Shown: positions 12,066-25,044 of the stretch, piece by piece | How the letters are laid out: every line of letters starts with the position of its first letter | Numbering within the stretch: the stretch's first letter is position 1 | DNA from: Dendrobates tinctorius | Taxonomy: Eukaryota | Assembly (NCBI RefSeq): GCF_039654945.1 | Contig: NW_027361684.1 | Coordinates: 8,866,001-8,930,000 of the forward strand | Length of the DNA stretch: 64,000 bases | Direction: 5' to 3' | Program-made: the position numbers and the translations under genes | The notes under the pieces: model-generated | Seen by the model: the letters and a program-made list of their open reading frames with translations, nothing else | What the model was told of the DNA's origin: nothing | The model's database searches: none

Positions 12066-13948
12066 CAAAAAGTTGATTTATTTCAGTTCTTCAATACAAA
12101 AACTGAAACTCATATATAAACTCCTTTTGCATCAATTACTGCATCAATGCAGTGTGGCATGGAGGCGATCAGTCTGTGGCACTGCTGAGGTGTTATGGCA
12201 GCCCAGGTTGCTTTGATAGCAGCCTTCAGCTCGTCTGCATTGTTGGGTCTGGTGTCTCTCATCTTCCTCTTGACAATACCCCATAGATTCTCTATGGGGT
12301 TAAGGTCAGGCAAGTTTGCTGGCCAATCAAGCACAGTGATACTGTTGTTTTTACACCTGGTATTGGTACTTTTGGCAGTGTGGACAAGGGCCAAGTCCTG
12401 CTGGAGAATGAAATTTCTATCTCCAAAAAGCTTGTCGACAGAGGGAAGCATGAAGTGCTCTAAAATTTCCATGTAGACGGCTGCGCTGACTTTGGTCTTG
12501 ATAAAACAGTGGACCTACACCACCAGAGGACATGACTCCCCAAACCATCACTGATTATGGAAACTTCACACTAGACCTCAAGCAGCTTGGATTGTCTGTC
12601 TCTCTACTCTTCCTCCCTCCCGACTCTGGGACCTTGATTTCCAAATGAAATGCAAAATTTACTTTCCTTGTGGAGTGTGTCAATGTCTGCCTTCTGGACA
12701 TCTGTCAAGTCAGCAGTCTTCCCCATGATTGTGGAACCTACTGAAACAGACTAAGGGACATTTGAAACGCTTAGGAAGCCTTTGCAGGTGTTTTTGTTAA
12801 TTATTCTAATTTACTGAGATAAAGACTTTTGGGTTTTCATTAGCTGTAAGCCAGGGGCGGACACAGACTGTAGTGGGCCCCTGTGCAAGAAATTTTTTTG
12901 GGGTCCCCTCCCCCCGTCCTTCATAGGGCAACAAAGTTATGTAAACATATAGATAGGTTATATATAGGCACCCCGTTTCCCTTTGTTTCATAATGCTCTC
13001 CCCCATATGCGGTCTACTTTTGGCATAGTGCTTCTTGCCCTATGTGGCCCCCCAGTTTATGCTGCTTCTCCCCCTATGTGGGCCGCCCGATTAGTGTTTC
13101 TTCTCCCCCCATGAGCCGTCCCATTCATGAGCAGCCAAGCATCTCCCCCTGGGCCCCCCCCATTCATGAGCAGTCATGCTTCTCCCCAGGGGCCCCCCCA
13201 TTCATGAGCAGTCATGCTTCTCCCCAGGAGCCCCCCATTCATGAGCAGCCAAGGCCATGCTTCCCTTCTCCCGAGGCCAGGGGTCCCTCATTCATGAGCA
13301 GTCAGGCCATCATGCTTCAGTTCTCCACCAGGACGGAGCCCCCCAAAATCATGCCTGCCATGTTCAGTTCTCCCCCACCCCAGGAGCCCCCCAAAATCAT
13401 GCCTGCACCTCTGTCCCAGTCCCTCAGTCCTGCTCAGCTCTGGTAGTACTCTTACCTGGAACAGGCAGGGTAGGCCAGACCAAGAAGATCCGTCCATTCC
13501 ACACTGTCCAGTGTCCGAACTCCGCACATTCCTGAACTGCTGCAGCATATGGGCAGGGCTACCACTAGGAATTTCAGGGCCCCATAATGGGAAAATTTTC
13601 GGGGCCCCCGTAAGACTCCGCCCCGCCTCCACCCTTCAAACTGTCCACAGTCCCACCGCCCTCTCTTGGAAAACTCCACTTCTCACCAATCACACATTAA
13701 CAGTTCCCATCACCAGATCACACATATAGCTGGCAGATTTTTTTTTCCGCCAAAATATTTTTTTTTAAGCAGCCATCACAACACTGTAGACACTTTTGGC
13801 CGAGCTCTACTCTACTGTAACCTATTAAATATTTTATAAAAATATGGAATACAATTTAGGTACATTTGTATTTATTTTTCAATTTTTAAAATGAACATTA
13901 ATATCACATACAATGGACAAATACCACCGCACCATGACCAGACACAAT

Positions 13949-14800
13949 TGTTGTGAGTTCATTTTGTGGTCTACCAGTCAGGCTCCCTCTGGTGGTAACA
14001 GGAGGTAGTGAGGCTGATTTAATCAGTAGAGATCTGCCACCTGATAATGAGGATGATGATTGGACCTCAGGAATCTCAGATTGAATTTAAGACAGCCGAC
14101 GCCCTACTCTGGTGCTGGTGTTTCTTTCTGCTTGTCAGGTCTTGGTTCTCAGCTCTGTTCCAGTCAGCTCAAGCTAAGTTTCTCTGCTAATGTGCACACT
14201 TGATTTTGTTGCTCTATTCAGTTTTTTGTGTGGTCAGCCAGTCCTGGCTTGGGCTGTGCTGAATTTCCACTCTTATTTATCTGTATTTGCCAATTTCCTT
14301 TTTGTCCATTATTAGATTGGCCTCTTTTTGCTCTGTCTCAGAATATTTCAGAGTGCTGATATAGTGGGAGAAGTCTAGTGACTTCAGGGTTCATTTTACT
14401 ATCAGAAGTGTTGGACATTATTTTGTAGGGTTTGGGGCAGATTGCAGACAGTGTCTTTCCTTTCCTCTCCTTTCTAGTTAGTTTGGGCCCCATCGTTTGC
14501 TCAGCCTATTTTCCTACCTGTGTTTGTGTTTTCATCTTGTTTCACCGTCAATACATGTGTGGGGCTGTCTATTCCTTTGGGGTCTGCTCTGGGGCAGTTA
14601 GTTTTCCCTTTTCTTGCTTTAGGCTTATTTAGTCCTCCGGCCGTGACGAGGCGTCTAGGTTCATCGTAGGCACGCTCCACGGCTGCTGCTAGTTGTGTGG
14701 TAGGATCAGGGATCTGCAATCTGCATAGTTACCAACCTCTCTGGTTTTTCTGGGCTTAGCATGTTCAGGTTTTTTCCTCCTCGGTGACCCATTCATAACA
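13949..14800 (+). mobile_element. Solo LTR (same Gypsy family)
   Basis: TGTTGTGAG...CATAACA; flanked on both sides by CACAAT. Confidence 0.9.
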
Positions 14801-15639
14801 CACAATATTACCACCACATAGTGACCTATAATTAATACCACATACAAGGAACAAATACCGCCACACCATGACCAGACTATATATTACTACCACAGTGACC
14901 GAATAATATCACATACAAGGAATAAATACAAACACACCATGTCCAGACCACATATTACCACCACATAGTGACTGAATACTACAATACTGATCAGTAGCAA
15001 AAAAAACAATACTATCGCCATAAGTGCCATTATACACAGGGCATCTGTACTTACTATCCAGTGTCTGTGCACTGGTAATACAGTGATTAATGACATTATA
15101 CACAGGAGCTCTGTATGTAACGTACAGGTAATACAGTGATCACTGGTGACATTATACACAGGACCTCTGTATATGGTATACAGTATATAGTGTCAGTGTA
15201 TAGGTAACACACTAACTCACCAGTGATGTCTCTAGGTAAAGTCCTTCATCCTTGCTTTTCATCTTTCATCCAGCAAAGATCGCCATCACTTCTTCCAGCC
15301 AGGGCTCGTCTCTGCAGGAAATAACCTACCTAGAGCTCCACTTGCAGAACACATTACTTATTTTTTTCCCAACTTCTACATTACATCACATGAAGAAAAA
15401 AGGCAACATAGTATCACTCTACACAGTAACAGGACTTCCCCCCATTTAAAACAGTATACTCAAAAAATAAAATAAATACATCACTGCAGTAATAACATCC
15501 TTTAATTAGCCCCTATGGTAATAATATCCCCCATCCTGGCCCCCATGTGTCTCATTCCTGGCTTCAGCCAAATGTTCTCCCATCCCACCCTCATGAGTAT
15601 CCATTGTGCCCTATATGATCTCCCCATCTGTCTCCATCG

Positions 15640-16780
15640 TATCCACCCTGCCCCATCTGTCTCTAATCCTGCCCCGTGTCTCCAATCCTGCCCCATGTAT
15701 CCATTTTGTCCTGTTTCCAATCATGCCCCTTGTGTCTTTCATCCTGCCCCCTGTGTCTGCAATCATGCCCCCTGTACCTGCAATCATGCCCCCTGTACCT
15801 GCAATCCTGCCCCCATGTCTTTCATCCTGTCCCCTTTGTCTCCAATCATGCCCACTGTACCTGCAATCCTGCCCCCCATGTCTCCAGTCCTGCCCCCCAT
15901 GTCTCCAGTCCTGCCCCCCGTGTCTGCCATCCTGCCCCCTGTATCTCCAATCCTGCCCCGTCTCCACCCTGCCCCAATGTTTTCATCCTGCCCCCTATGT
16001 CTCCAATCCTGTCCCCAATCCTACCCTGTCTCCATCTTGCCCCCAATGTCTCCAATCCTGCCCCATCTTCATCCTTCCCCATCTCCATCCTGCCCCATCT
16101 CCATCCTGCCCCATCTCCATCCTGCCCCCAATGTCTTCAATCCTGCCCCCGTCTCCATCCTGCCCCATCTCCATCCTGCCCCCATCTCCATCCTGCCCCC
16201 AATGTCTCCAATCCTGCCCTGTCTCCATCTTGCCCCGTCTCCATCCTGCCCCACCTCCAATCCTGCCCCCAATGTCTCCAATCCTGCCCCAATGTCTCCA
16301 ATCCTGCCCCCAATGTCTCCAATCCTGCCTCGTCTCCATCCTGCCCCTGTCTCCAATCCTGCCCCCGTCTCCAATCCTGCCATGTCTCTAATCCTGCCCC
16401 CGTCTCCAATCCTACTCATCTCCAATCCTGCCCCATCTCCATCTTGCCCCCAATGTCTCCAATCCTGCCCCAATGTCTCCATCCTGCCCCATCTCCATCC
16501 TGCCCCCAATGTCTCCATCCTGCCCCCATCTCCATCCTGCCCCATCTCCATCCTGCCTCCAATGTCTCCAATCATGCCCCGTCTCCATCCTGCCCCCAAT
16601 GTCTCCAATCATGCCCCGTCTCCAATCCTTCCCCCGTCTCCATCCTGCCCCTGCCTCCAATCCTGCCCCATCTCCATCCTACCCCGTCTCCATCCTGACC
16701 CCAATGTCTCCAAGCCTGTCCCCATCTCCAATCCTGCCCGTCTCCATCTTGCCTCCCCCTGTCTCCAATCTGCCCTGGCA
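15640..16780. repeat. 17-21-bp minisatellite (TCTCCA(A)TCCTGCCCC)
   Basis: Tandem variants; explains the multi-frame low-complexity ORFs. Confidence 0.95.
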
Positions 16781-17319
16781 GGATGGAGACACATGGTCCA
16801 TGTGTCTCCATCCTGTGGGGAAACATAATAATTAAATAAAAAGCAAACAAACAAAAAAAAACTTTCTTCTTACCTGGCCGTGCTCCTGCTGGAAGATGAA
16901 GCTCCTGTGTGAGCTCAGCTAAAAGGACCTGTGGTGATGTCATCGTCATGTGATCAGGGGGCGAAGCTGATCAATGGTGTAGGCCTGTGATCAGCTCCAC
17001 CCCCTGATCACATGACGATGACGTCAACACAGGTCCTCCAATGCTTCGGCCTGCTCTCCTCCTGCGCTCCACATGGCTAATTTGAAAATTGAATAATTAG
17101 CCATGCGGTGGAGGAGGCTGGAGGGGCCCCCCTCTCCCCCAGGCCCCGTTCAATGAACTGGCTGCACAGGCGGCGGTAGGTCCGCCCCTGCTGTAAGCCA
17201 TAATCATCAACGTTAACAGAAATGAACACTTGAAATAGATCACTCTGTTTGTAATGACTCTATATGAGTTTCACTTTTACAACACAGGGATATAGTACAT
17301 TTGAATTATATAATGTTGC

Positions 17320-19027
17320 CCACAGCCTGTCAGAACGATGGGAAAGTAGTACCCACAGCCTGTCTGGATAATGGGAAAGTGGGTCCCAAAGCCTGTCAGG
17401 ATGGTGGGAAGTGTTACCACAGCCTGTCTGGATGGTGGGAAAGTGGTACCTACAGCCTGTCAGGTTTATAGAAAAGTATTTTTTATCCCCTGGGAAGACA
17501 TCCTAAACAGCCCCTGTCACTCACAGTCAGAGTGCCCAGAATGCAGGTAGTGCACTCCCTGCTGGACCCTCATCATCCAGCAGGATAACAAGACCAGTTA
17601 CTGGACCAAAGAAAATCTCAAAAGTTTCCTGTGACGTTGGGGCCTTAACGTCGCTTCTGGCTACCTCTAGTCAGGAGTTTCAGGCTGCACTACCCATAGA
17701 TGAGGCGCTGAGTTACCTCACGAAGAAGCACCTCTCCGAGTCCAAGGAGGAGAGGATTTTGTGGGATCTAGGGAGGTTGTGCCGTGAGATTGGCTTGGGG
17801 GGGTGATCTGTAAATCAGTCTCCTATGCCACTGCTAAAAGGTGGAGTTGTCATATGAGAAAAGTTAAGATCCATAAAGACATCTCTGGAGAGGTGACATA
17901 TCACCCTCACATTTAATATATAGGTTTAATTATAACTGAGGAAGTGAGAAAGAGCTGACACTTCAACCTCCATTGAAGTAGGACCTAACATTGAACATAT
18001 CTGATTAATTATGACTGGGGAAGTTATAAAGAACTGAAACTGCAACCTCCACTGAAGTATGGACCTCCTGCAATGACCATGTAATTATAACAAGAGTTTG
18101 GCTCTGAGAACCAGCCACCAAGACTCGGAGTTGTTTATTCAGAGGTGGAAAAATACACTTCCATGGTAAGAGCTTTCTCTGTTCAAAGCACTGATTCTCA
18201 GACTATTTGGAGCCAGTGGTCAGTGATGAATATTGGGGTTTGCATTGATACAATATTTATGGGAGATATATTTTTTGTGTCATTGGGAAGGCATGAAGAA
18301 AAAGCATCCACGCACATCACCAGAAGACCATTCTTACTTCCCCAACTTAATATCGGCCGATGGATGATGTGTTCCATGCCATGTTTCATCTCTATAGAAA
18401 GGTAAAATCGTGATAGGAAACATGACTGCAATATCTATCGCCTGGGACCTCCATTTAGCAACCTTGATCTAATAAAAGGAGAATTTGGGTTTTTGTATTT
18501 TGTTAGACCTGGCAGGTAAAGTTTGCTGTGGGTTCTGTCTGTTTTCCTAAGGAGTACCTCACTCAGCTAAGCTATGAGGCATTTCCATGACACAGATTTA
18601 GTACTTTTTTATTTGGTATGTGTTTGTAGTTACAATATTGCTTTATTCCCATTTTGTATCATCTTTGTATATTTTTTAAAAACATTGCCTACCTTATCAG
18701 GTTAAAAATATAAAATTTAATACCTCTGTTCCTCTTGCTCTCTAAACTGAACCCCTGAAGCCATACGCTAACGGCAAGTGACGTCCACTCGGCCTGTGTA
18801 AATGATTGGTGGTGGAAGCTAGTAGCTTGTTTTGTTATTGTGGCGTTGGCAGTGGTAGTATTGGGACTTATCTATATATTCCATGCGTTGGAATCTGATG
18901 TGTATATATCATACGCTCGGTCAGTTGCTTAATTGTCCTGATGATTGGAGGCAGCGGAGTTGTGTGCCCCCTGACAAACTGGTGGCAGGGGTGGGATCTG
19001 CATGATCTCTCCGGGGTTCTCTTTGAC
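17320..19027. repeat. Unclassified interspersed repeat, possibly an old solo LTR; begins with a ~33-bp tandem
   Basis: CACAGCCTGTC...GGGAAAGT tandem, internal duplications, ends TGACA; no TSD confirmed. Confidence 0.3.
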
Positions 19028-19956
19028 ATATAGCAGCTGTCATTTATTTATTTATTTATTCATTCACATAACATTTGATTTACTAACATAAATATCTATA
19101 TTATTTCTGACTGAACTGAAACCAGAGATATGTGCCGTTATAGCCATTTCTTTGAACCTGCCCTGAGTCTGATCAGCTCTGAAGAAGTCTATTGATCTCC
19201 TGAGCAGAGCTATACATCTGATAAGTGAACATCACTAGAGGCATTTTTTTTGTCATGTCATTGCAAACTCTTCCTTTATCATGCAGCTCATTGTGTTTTC
19301 ATTTGAGTTTTGGACCTTGCTATGACCAACTTAGGGTATTGTAAGCAATGACATATGGCTAGTGTTGAGCATTCCGATACCGCAAGTATCGGGTATCGGC
19401 CGATACTTGCTGTATCGGAATTCCGATACCGACTTCCGATATTTTTTCAATATCGGAATTCGGCATCGGAATCGGAAGTTCAAAGTTGATTGACGGCCTG
19501 ACGTCATCATGATGCGCCGTCATTTCGGGCCTTCCGGGGGTCTCTGCCGGCCTGCCGGGGGGCTGTGTGGACTGCCCGGGGTCGGTACCGGCCTGCCGGG
19601 GGGCTGTGCCGGCCTGCCGGTGGTCTGTGCACCCTGTGGGGCTCTGTACCGGCCTGCCGGGGGGCTGTGCCGGCCTGCCGGTGGTCTGTGCACCCTGTGG
19701 GGGTCTGTACCGGCCTGCCGGGGGGCTGTGCCGGCCTGCCGGTGGTCTGTGCACCCTGTGGGGGTCTGTGCCGGCCTGCCGGGGGGCTGTGCTGATGTCC
19801 GGGGGTCTGTGCAAGCATCGTCCGATGGGACTACAAGTCCCATCTGGCGATGCCTGCTACCATGACAGTGATTGACACATTAGCCAATGATGGGACAGTA
19901 GTAGTCCCATCATCCGGCTAATGTGTTAAATGTTAAAAAAAAAAAAAAAAAAAAAT

Positions 19957-21180
19957 ACTACATACATACTACATACATACTACATGCTACATACATACTA
20001 CATATATACTACATGCATGCTACATACATACTACATGCTACATACATACTACATATATACTACATGCATGCTACATACATACTACATGCTACATACATAC
20101 TACATACATGCTACATACATGCTACATACATGCTACATACATACTGCATGCTACATACATACTACATACATACTACATACATACTACATGCATGCTACAT
20201 ACATACTACATACATACATACTACATGCATGCTACATACATACTACATGCATGCTACATACATACTACATGCTACATACATACCACATACATACTACATA
20301 CATGCTACATGCTACATACATACTACATACATACTACATACATACTACATGCATGCTACATACATACTACATACATACTACATGCATGCTACATACATAC
20401 TACATGCATGCTACATACATACTACATGCATGCTACATACATACTACATACATACTACATGCATGCTACATACATACTACATGCATGCTACATACATACT
20501 ACATGCATGCTACATGCATGCTACATACATACTACATGCTACATACATACCACATACATACTACATACATGCTACATGCTACATACATACTACATACATA
20601 CTACATATATACTACATGCATGCTACATACATACTACATACATACTACATGCATGCTACATACATACTACATGCATGCTACATACATACTACATGCATGC
20701 TACATACATACTACATGCATGCTACATACATACTACATGCATGCTACATGCATGCTACATACATACTACATGCATGCTACATGCATGCTACATGCATACT
20801 ACATGCATGCTACATACATACTACATGCTACATACATACCACATACATGCTACATACATGCTACATACATACTACATACATACTACATACATACTACATG
20901 CATGCTACATACATACTACATGCATGCTACATACATACTACATACATACTACATGCATGCTACATACATACTACATGCATGCTACATGCATGCTACATAC
21001 CACATGCTACATACATACCACATACATACTACATACATGCTACATACATACTACATATATACTACATGCATGCTACATACATACTACATATATACTACAT
21101 GCATGCTACATACATACTACATGCTACATACATACCACATACATACTACATACATACTACATATATACTACATACATCCA
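19957..21180 (+). repeat. Compound TACA/TGC microsatellite, left arm
   Basis: Direct reading. Confidence 0.95.
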
Positions 21181-21559
21181 TACAATACATACATAGACAT
21201 ACAGTACATATAACATAGAGTAACATAGGAATTTCCCACACAGCAATGGCATAAAGTGAGACTAGGGACTTTTTTTTTTTAAGTGGCGGAGGAATACAGT
21301 GCGGAAGGATACCTACCTTCCGTCATTGGATTCCTGCAGCCCGTAGAGAACGGCAGCATCATCTGATGCTGCAGTTCTCTACCCAAGATCGTCGTGGGAC
21401 ACACTCGTGGACTGCTTCGGATCGTGGGTGAGTATTTTTGTGGTTTGTTATGTTAATATTTATTCCGGAAAAGACAATGGCTTCGGGAAACAATGTGACA
21501 AGTATTGGTAAGTATGTTACTCTATGTTATATGTACTGTATGTCTATGTATGTATTGTA

Positions 21560-22114
21560 TGAATGTATTGTATGTATGTAGTATATATGTGGTATGTATG
21601 TAGCATGTAGTATGTATGTAGTATGCATGTAGCATGCAGTATGTATGTAGCATGCATGTAGTATATATGTAGTATGTATGTAGCATGTAGCATGTATGTA
21701 GTATGTATGTGGTATGTATGTAGCATGTAGTATGTATGTAGCATGCATGTAGTATATATGTAGTATGTATGTAGCATGTAGTATGTATGTAGTATGTATG
21801 TGGTATGTATGTAGCATGTAGTATGTATGTAGCATGCATGTAGTATGTATGTAGTATGTATGTAGCATGCATGTAGCATGTATGTAGTATGTATGTAGTA
21901 TGTATGTAGTATGTATGTGGTATGTATGTAGCATGTAGTATGTATGTAGCATGTATGTAGCATGCATGTAGCATGCATGTAGTATGTATGTAGTATGTAT
22001 GTAGCATGCAGTATGTATGTAGCATGCATGTAGCATGCATGTAGTATGTATGTAGCATGTAGTATGTATGTAGCATGTAGTATGTATGTAGCATGCATGT
22101 AGTATGTATGTAGT
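21560..22114 (-). repeat. Compound TACA/TGC microsatellite, right arm
   Basis: Reverse-complement version of the left-arm satellite, shorter. Confidence 0.95.
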
Positions 22115-22734
22115 ATTTTTTTTTTTTTTTTTAACATTTAACACATTAGCCGGATGATGGGACTACTACTGTCCCATCATTGGCTAATGTGTCAATCACT
22201 GTCATGGTAGCAGGCATCGCCCGATGGGACTTGTAGTCCCATCGGACGATGCCTGCACAGACCCCCGAAGCCTGCACAGACCACCGGCAGGCCGGCACAG
22301 CCCCCCGGCAGGCCGGCACAGCCCCCCGGAGCCTGCACAGACCACCGGCAGGCCGGCACAGCCCCCCGGCAGGCCGGCACAGCCCACCGGAGCCTGCACA
22401 GACCACCGGCAGGCCGGCACAGCGCCCCGGCAGGCCGGCACAGACCACCGGAGCCTGCACAGACCCCCTGGCAGGCCGGCACAGCCCCCCGAAAGGCCCG
22501 TACAGACCCCAGAGAGGCTGTACAAGGCAAAAACAGGGTTTTTCTTATTCCGATACCGGAAGTCCCATAGACTTGAATGGGACTTCCGGTATCGGAATCG
22601 GCGATACCGATACTTTTTTTAAAGATCGGCCGATCCATTCCGATCCGATACTTTGAAGTATCGGACGGTATCGCTCAACTCTACATATGGCACTTCGAAA
22701 AAGTGAGAAGGTGCCCAAGTAGGCCAATCAGCAA

Positions 22735-22880
22735 TAGGATAATATTAAAACTTGAGAGTTCTCAGTGGTTGATACCTTTTAATGACTAACTGAAAAGATG
22801 GTAAAAAATATCAAACATTCCAGACTACTCAGGTCTCGTCATGGGGCATAGAACAAAACAAAAGTTTCTCATATTTATAC
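22735..22880 (-). mobile_element. Penelope-like pLTR fragment with dead HHR
   Basis: Homologous to 51845-51980 (CTCAGTGGTTGATACCTTTTAATG...CAGGTCTC); HHR core mutated. Confidence 0.7.
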
Positions 22881-22886
22881 CCAACA

Positions 22887-25020
22887 CAGGTGCGGACACT
22901 GACAGCTTGAGGCCCCTGTGCAGCAATAAATGTGTTTGCCCCACCCTTTTCCCCCACTCCCCTCATTGTCCCACTCACCCCTGCATCCCATCATTGTCCT
23001 CTCCTCCAGCTCCATCATTGTTCTCTCAATCATTTGCATCATTGCCCTCCCCACCACCTCCATCATTGCCCTCTGCACCACCCCCTTCATTGCCTTCTCC
23101 ACCACCTCCATCATTGCCCTCTGCACCATCTCTATCATTGTTCTATCCACCACCCCATTATTGCCTTCTCCCCCTTCCCAATCATTGCCCTTTCCACCAC
23201 CTCATCATTGCCTTTTCCCTCACCACCATCATTACCCTTTCTGCCACCACCATCATTGCATTCTCCCCAACCACCTCCATCATTGTCCTGTCCACCACCT
23301 CCATCATTGCCTTCTCTCCTACCACTCCCATCATTGCCCTTTCCACCACCACCATCATTGCCTTCTCCCCCACCACCTCCATCATTGCCTTCTCCACCAA
23401 AACCCCTATCATTGCCTTCTCCCCTGTAGGGGACTGAAGCAAGACGTCCCCTTTAATGTCACCTTCCTTTAAGAAGTGCTAATGTAAATATGTAATTATT
23501 CTTGGTACTGCTACACTCATAGTGTATTACCATTGTTTGCTTTATTGGTACTGCCACATCATATATGTGTTACCATGCTGTAAGATTGTAATACATTGCA
23601 TTGTATAATGTTCTGCATATTTTAGGGTAAGCTGGTTCATCCTTCGGGTTCATTAGAGGAGGGCACTATTAGTATAGAGTTCCTAGATATGGGTAAGTGT
23701 AGTTCTGTAGTGGGCCACTAGATGGGGGCATAGTAGTGGGTCTACTTAGGTATAGCTGATAGGAAGTTCTTAGAGGGTTAATGGTAGGAGGAGCTGCTAT
23801 GGGTTAAGTAAGTGTAGGAGATAGGAACAGGTTAGAAGGGCGAGGACGCCCAAAGTCTCCACAAGGGCTTTATGCCCAGGATGAGATAGCAGCTACAAAA
23901 CGTTCTATAGGAAGAAAAGTGCACGGGCACAGTCAGACGGGTGCTGGATGAGACCTTAGCACCCCGGGAGTTATGGTGTTCCACGGCAGCAAGGAAAGGA
24001 GAGAATTACATGGTCCAAGAGTCATGCAGGGCGCAGTATATTCACAATGTGGCAGATCTTAGATAGGGCTGAAGCTTGTAAGTCCTGGAAAAACGGATAA
24101 ACGGGAACCCCTATGTCTTGAGATCTTACAGAAGTGATGCTGCGGCACCGCCAAGGGCGCTACTATCCCACAATGTGCATGAGGACAAAGAAAGCAGGAA
24201 AGGGAAAGTGCAGGAGGAAGGCTGTGTGAACTGTAATGTAACTGATGTCCACTGGACCATTGAAGAGAAAAGTAAAATCGTATGTTTGGCATCTGAACCG
24301 GTATCTGTTCTTTCCACCCTATGCACCGAAGCTGAATGTACAGGAGCTGTGCAACACCGATGTGGAATTCCTGACGGTGAACCAGAACTATGAACAGGTG
24401 CGCCGGTAGAAGCTGACAATTTTCCTGTGAGAGGAGGCCAGGACACCAAGGCCCTGGTGTCCTCAGCCACGACTACCGTCTTGGCCTCTTCTTACACCCC
24501 CACCAGCTCCATCATTGCCCTTTCTACCACCTCCATCATTGCTTCCACCCCCATCATTGCCCTCTTCATCACCCCAATGAAGACACACGACACCACTCAA
24601 CTCTCTGCACATTCCCTGCAGCCACACAGACACACACAGCACCTCTCACCTCTTCACAGGTTCCCTGGAAGCCGCAGCATCTTCATTGCCGGCAGCTTTC
24701 TCTCTGGCACAGCCGCATGCTGAAGTCATCTAGCCGCACTGCTGAATCAGACAGGAAGTGCAGGCAGGAAGCAGTATGGATCCATGCAGCTCCGCTCTGC
24801 TTCCATTTTCTCCTGTAGGATCGCTCCCTGCTCACTGCACAAGAGGGCAATCTGGCCAGGGACTTCTTGGACCAGATTGCCCTCAGTGTTAGCTGCCCTG
24901 CAGGCAGAGGCGTATCCAGTGGGGGCAGCCGGGGCATGTGCCCCGGACGCAGCTGACAGGGGGGTGCTATCTGGCCGCATGATGCGGCGATCCAAGTCGG
25001 CGGCATTCTGCCGCCCCCCT
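22887..25020. mobile_element. Non-autonomous hAT-like element with a 21-bp minisatellite (right end uncertain)
   Basis: Start CAGGTGCGGACAC...GGCCCCTGTGCA resembles 12852; CCACCACCTCCATCATTGCC tandem. Confidence 0.5.
23425..24496. mobile_element. Solo LTR inserted in the minisatellite
   Basis: TGTA...TACA termini with CCCC on both sides; the minisatellite resumes after it. Confidence 0.75.
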
Positions 25021-25044
25021 CACTGGGGTTCTCCTGGGTCACCC

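Larger units (their letters stand above)
12852..17190. mobile_element. Non-autonomous hAT-type element (4.3 kb) carrying minisatellites and a solo LTR
   Basis: TIR CAGGGGCGGA/TCCGCCCCTG; perfect 8-bp TSD CTGTAAGC (12844-12851, 17191-17198). Confidence 0.9.
12066..17280 (-). mobile_element. Tc1-like relic split by the hAT insertion
   Basis: ORF 12110-12472 (QQDLA...[15 protein letters not shown]); Tc1 sequence resumes after the TSD at 17198. Confidence 0.8.
19360..22683. mobile_element. hAT-type foldback element (giant inverted repeat)
   Basis: TIR TAGTGTTGAGC/GCTCAACTCTA; 8-bp TSD CATATGGC; arms 19360-21227 and 21513-22683. Confidence 0.9.

Noticed and set aside
15515-16949. Long Pro/Cys-rich ORFs up to 437 aa
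   Set aside because: Open in many frames on both strands because the minisatellite lacks stops.
19923-22144. His/Tyr-rich ORFs of 190-431 aa
   Set aside because: Microsatellite translations in all three frames.
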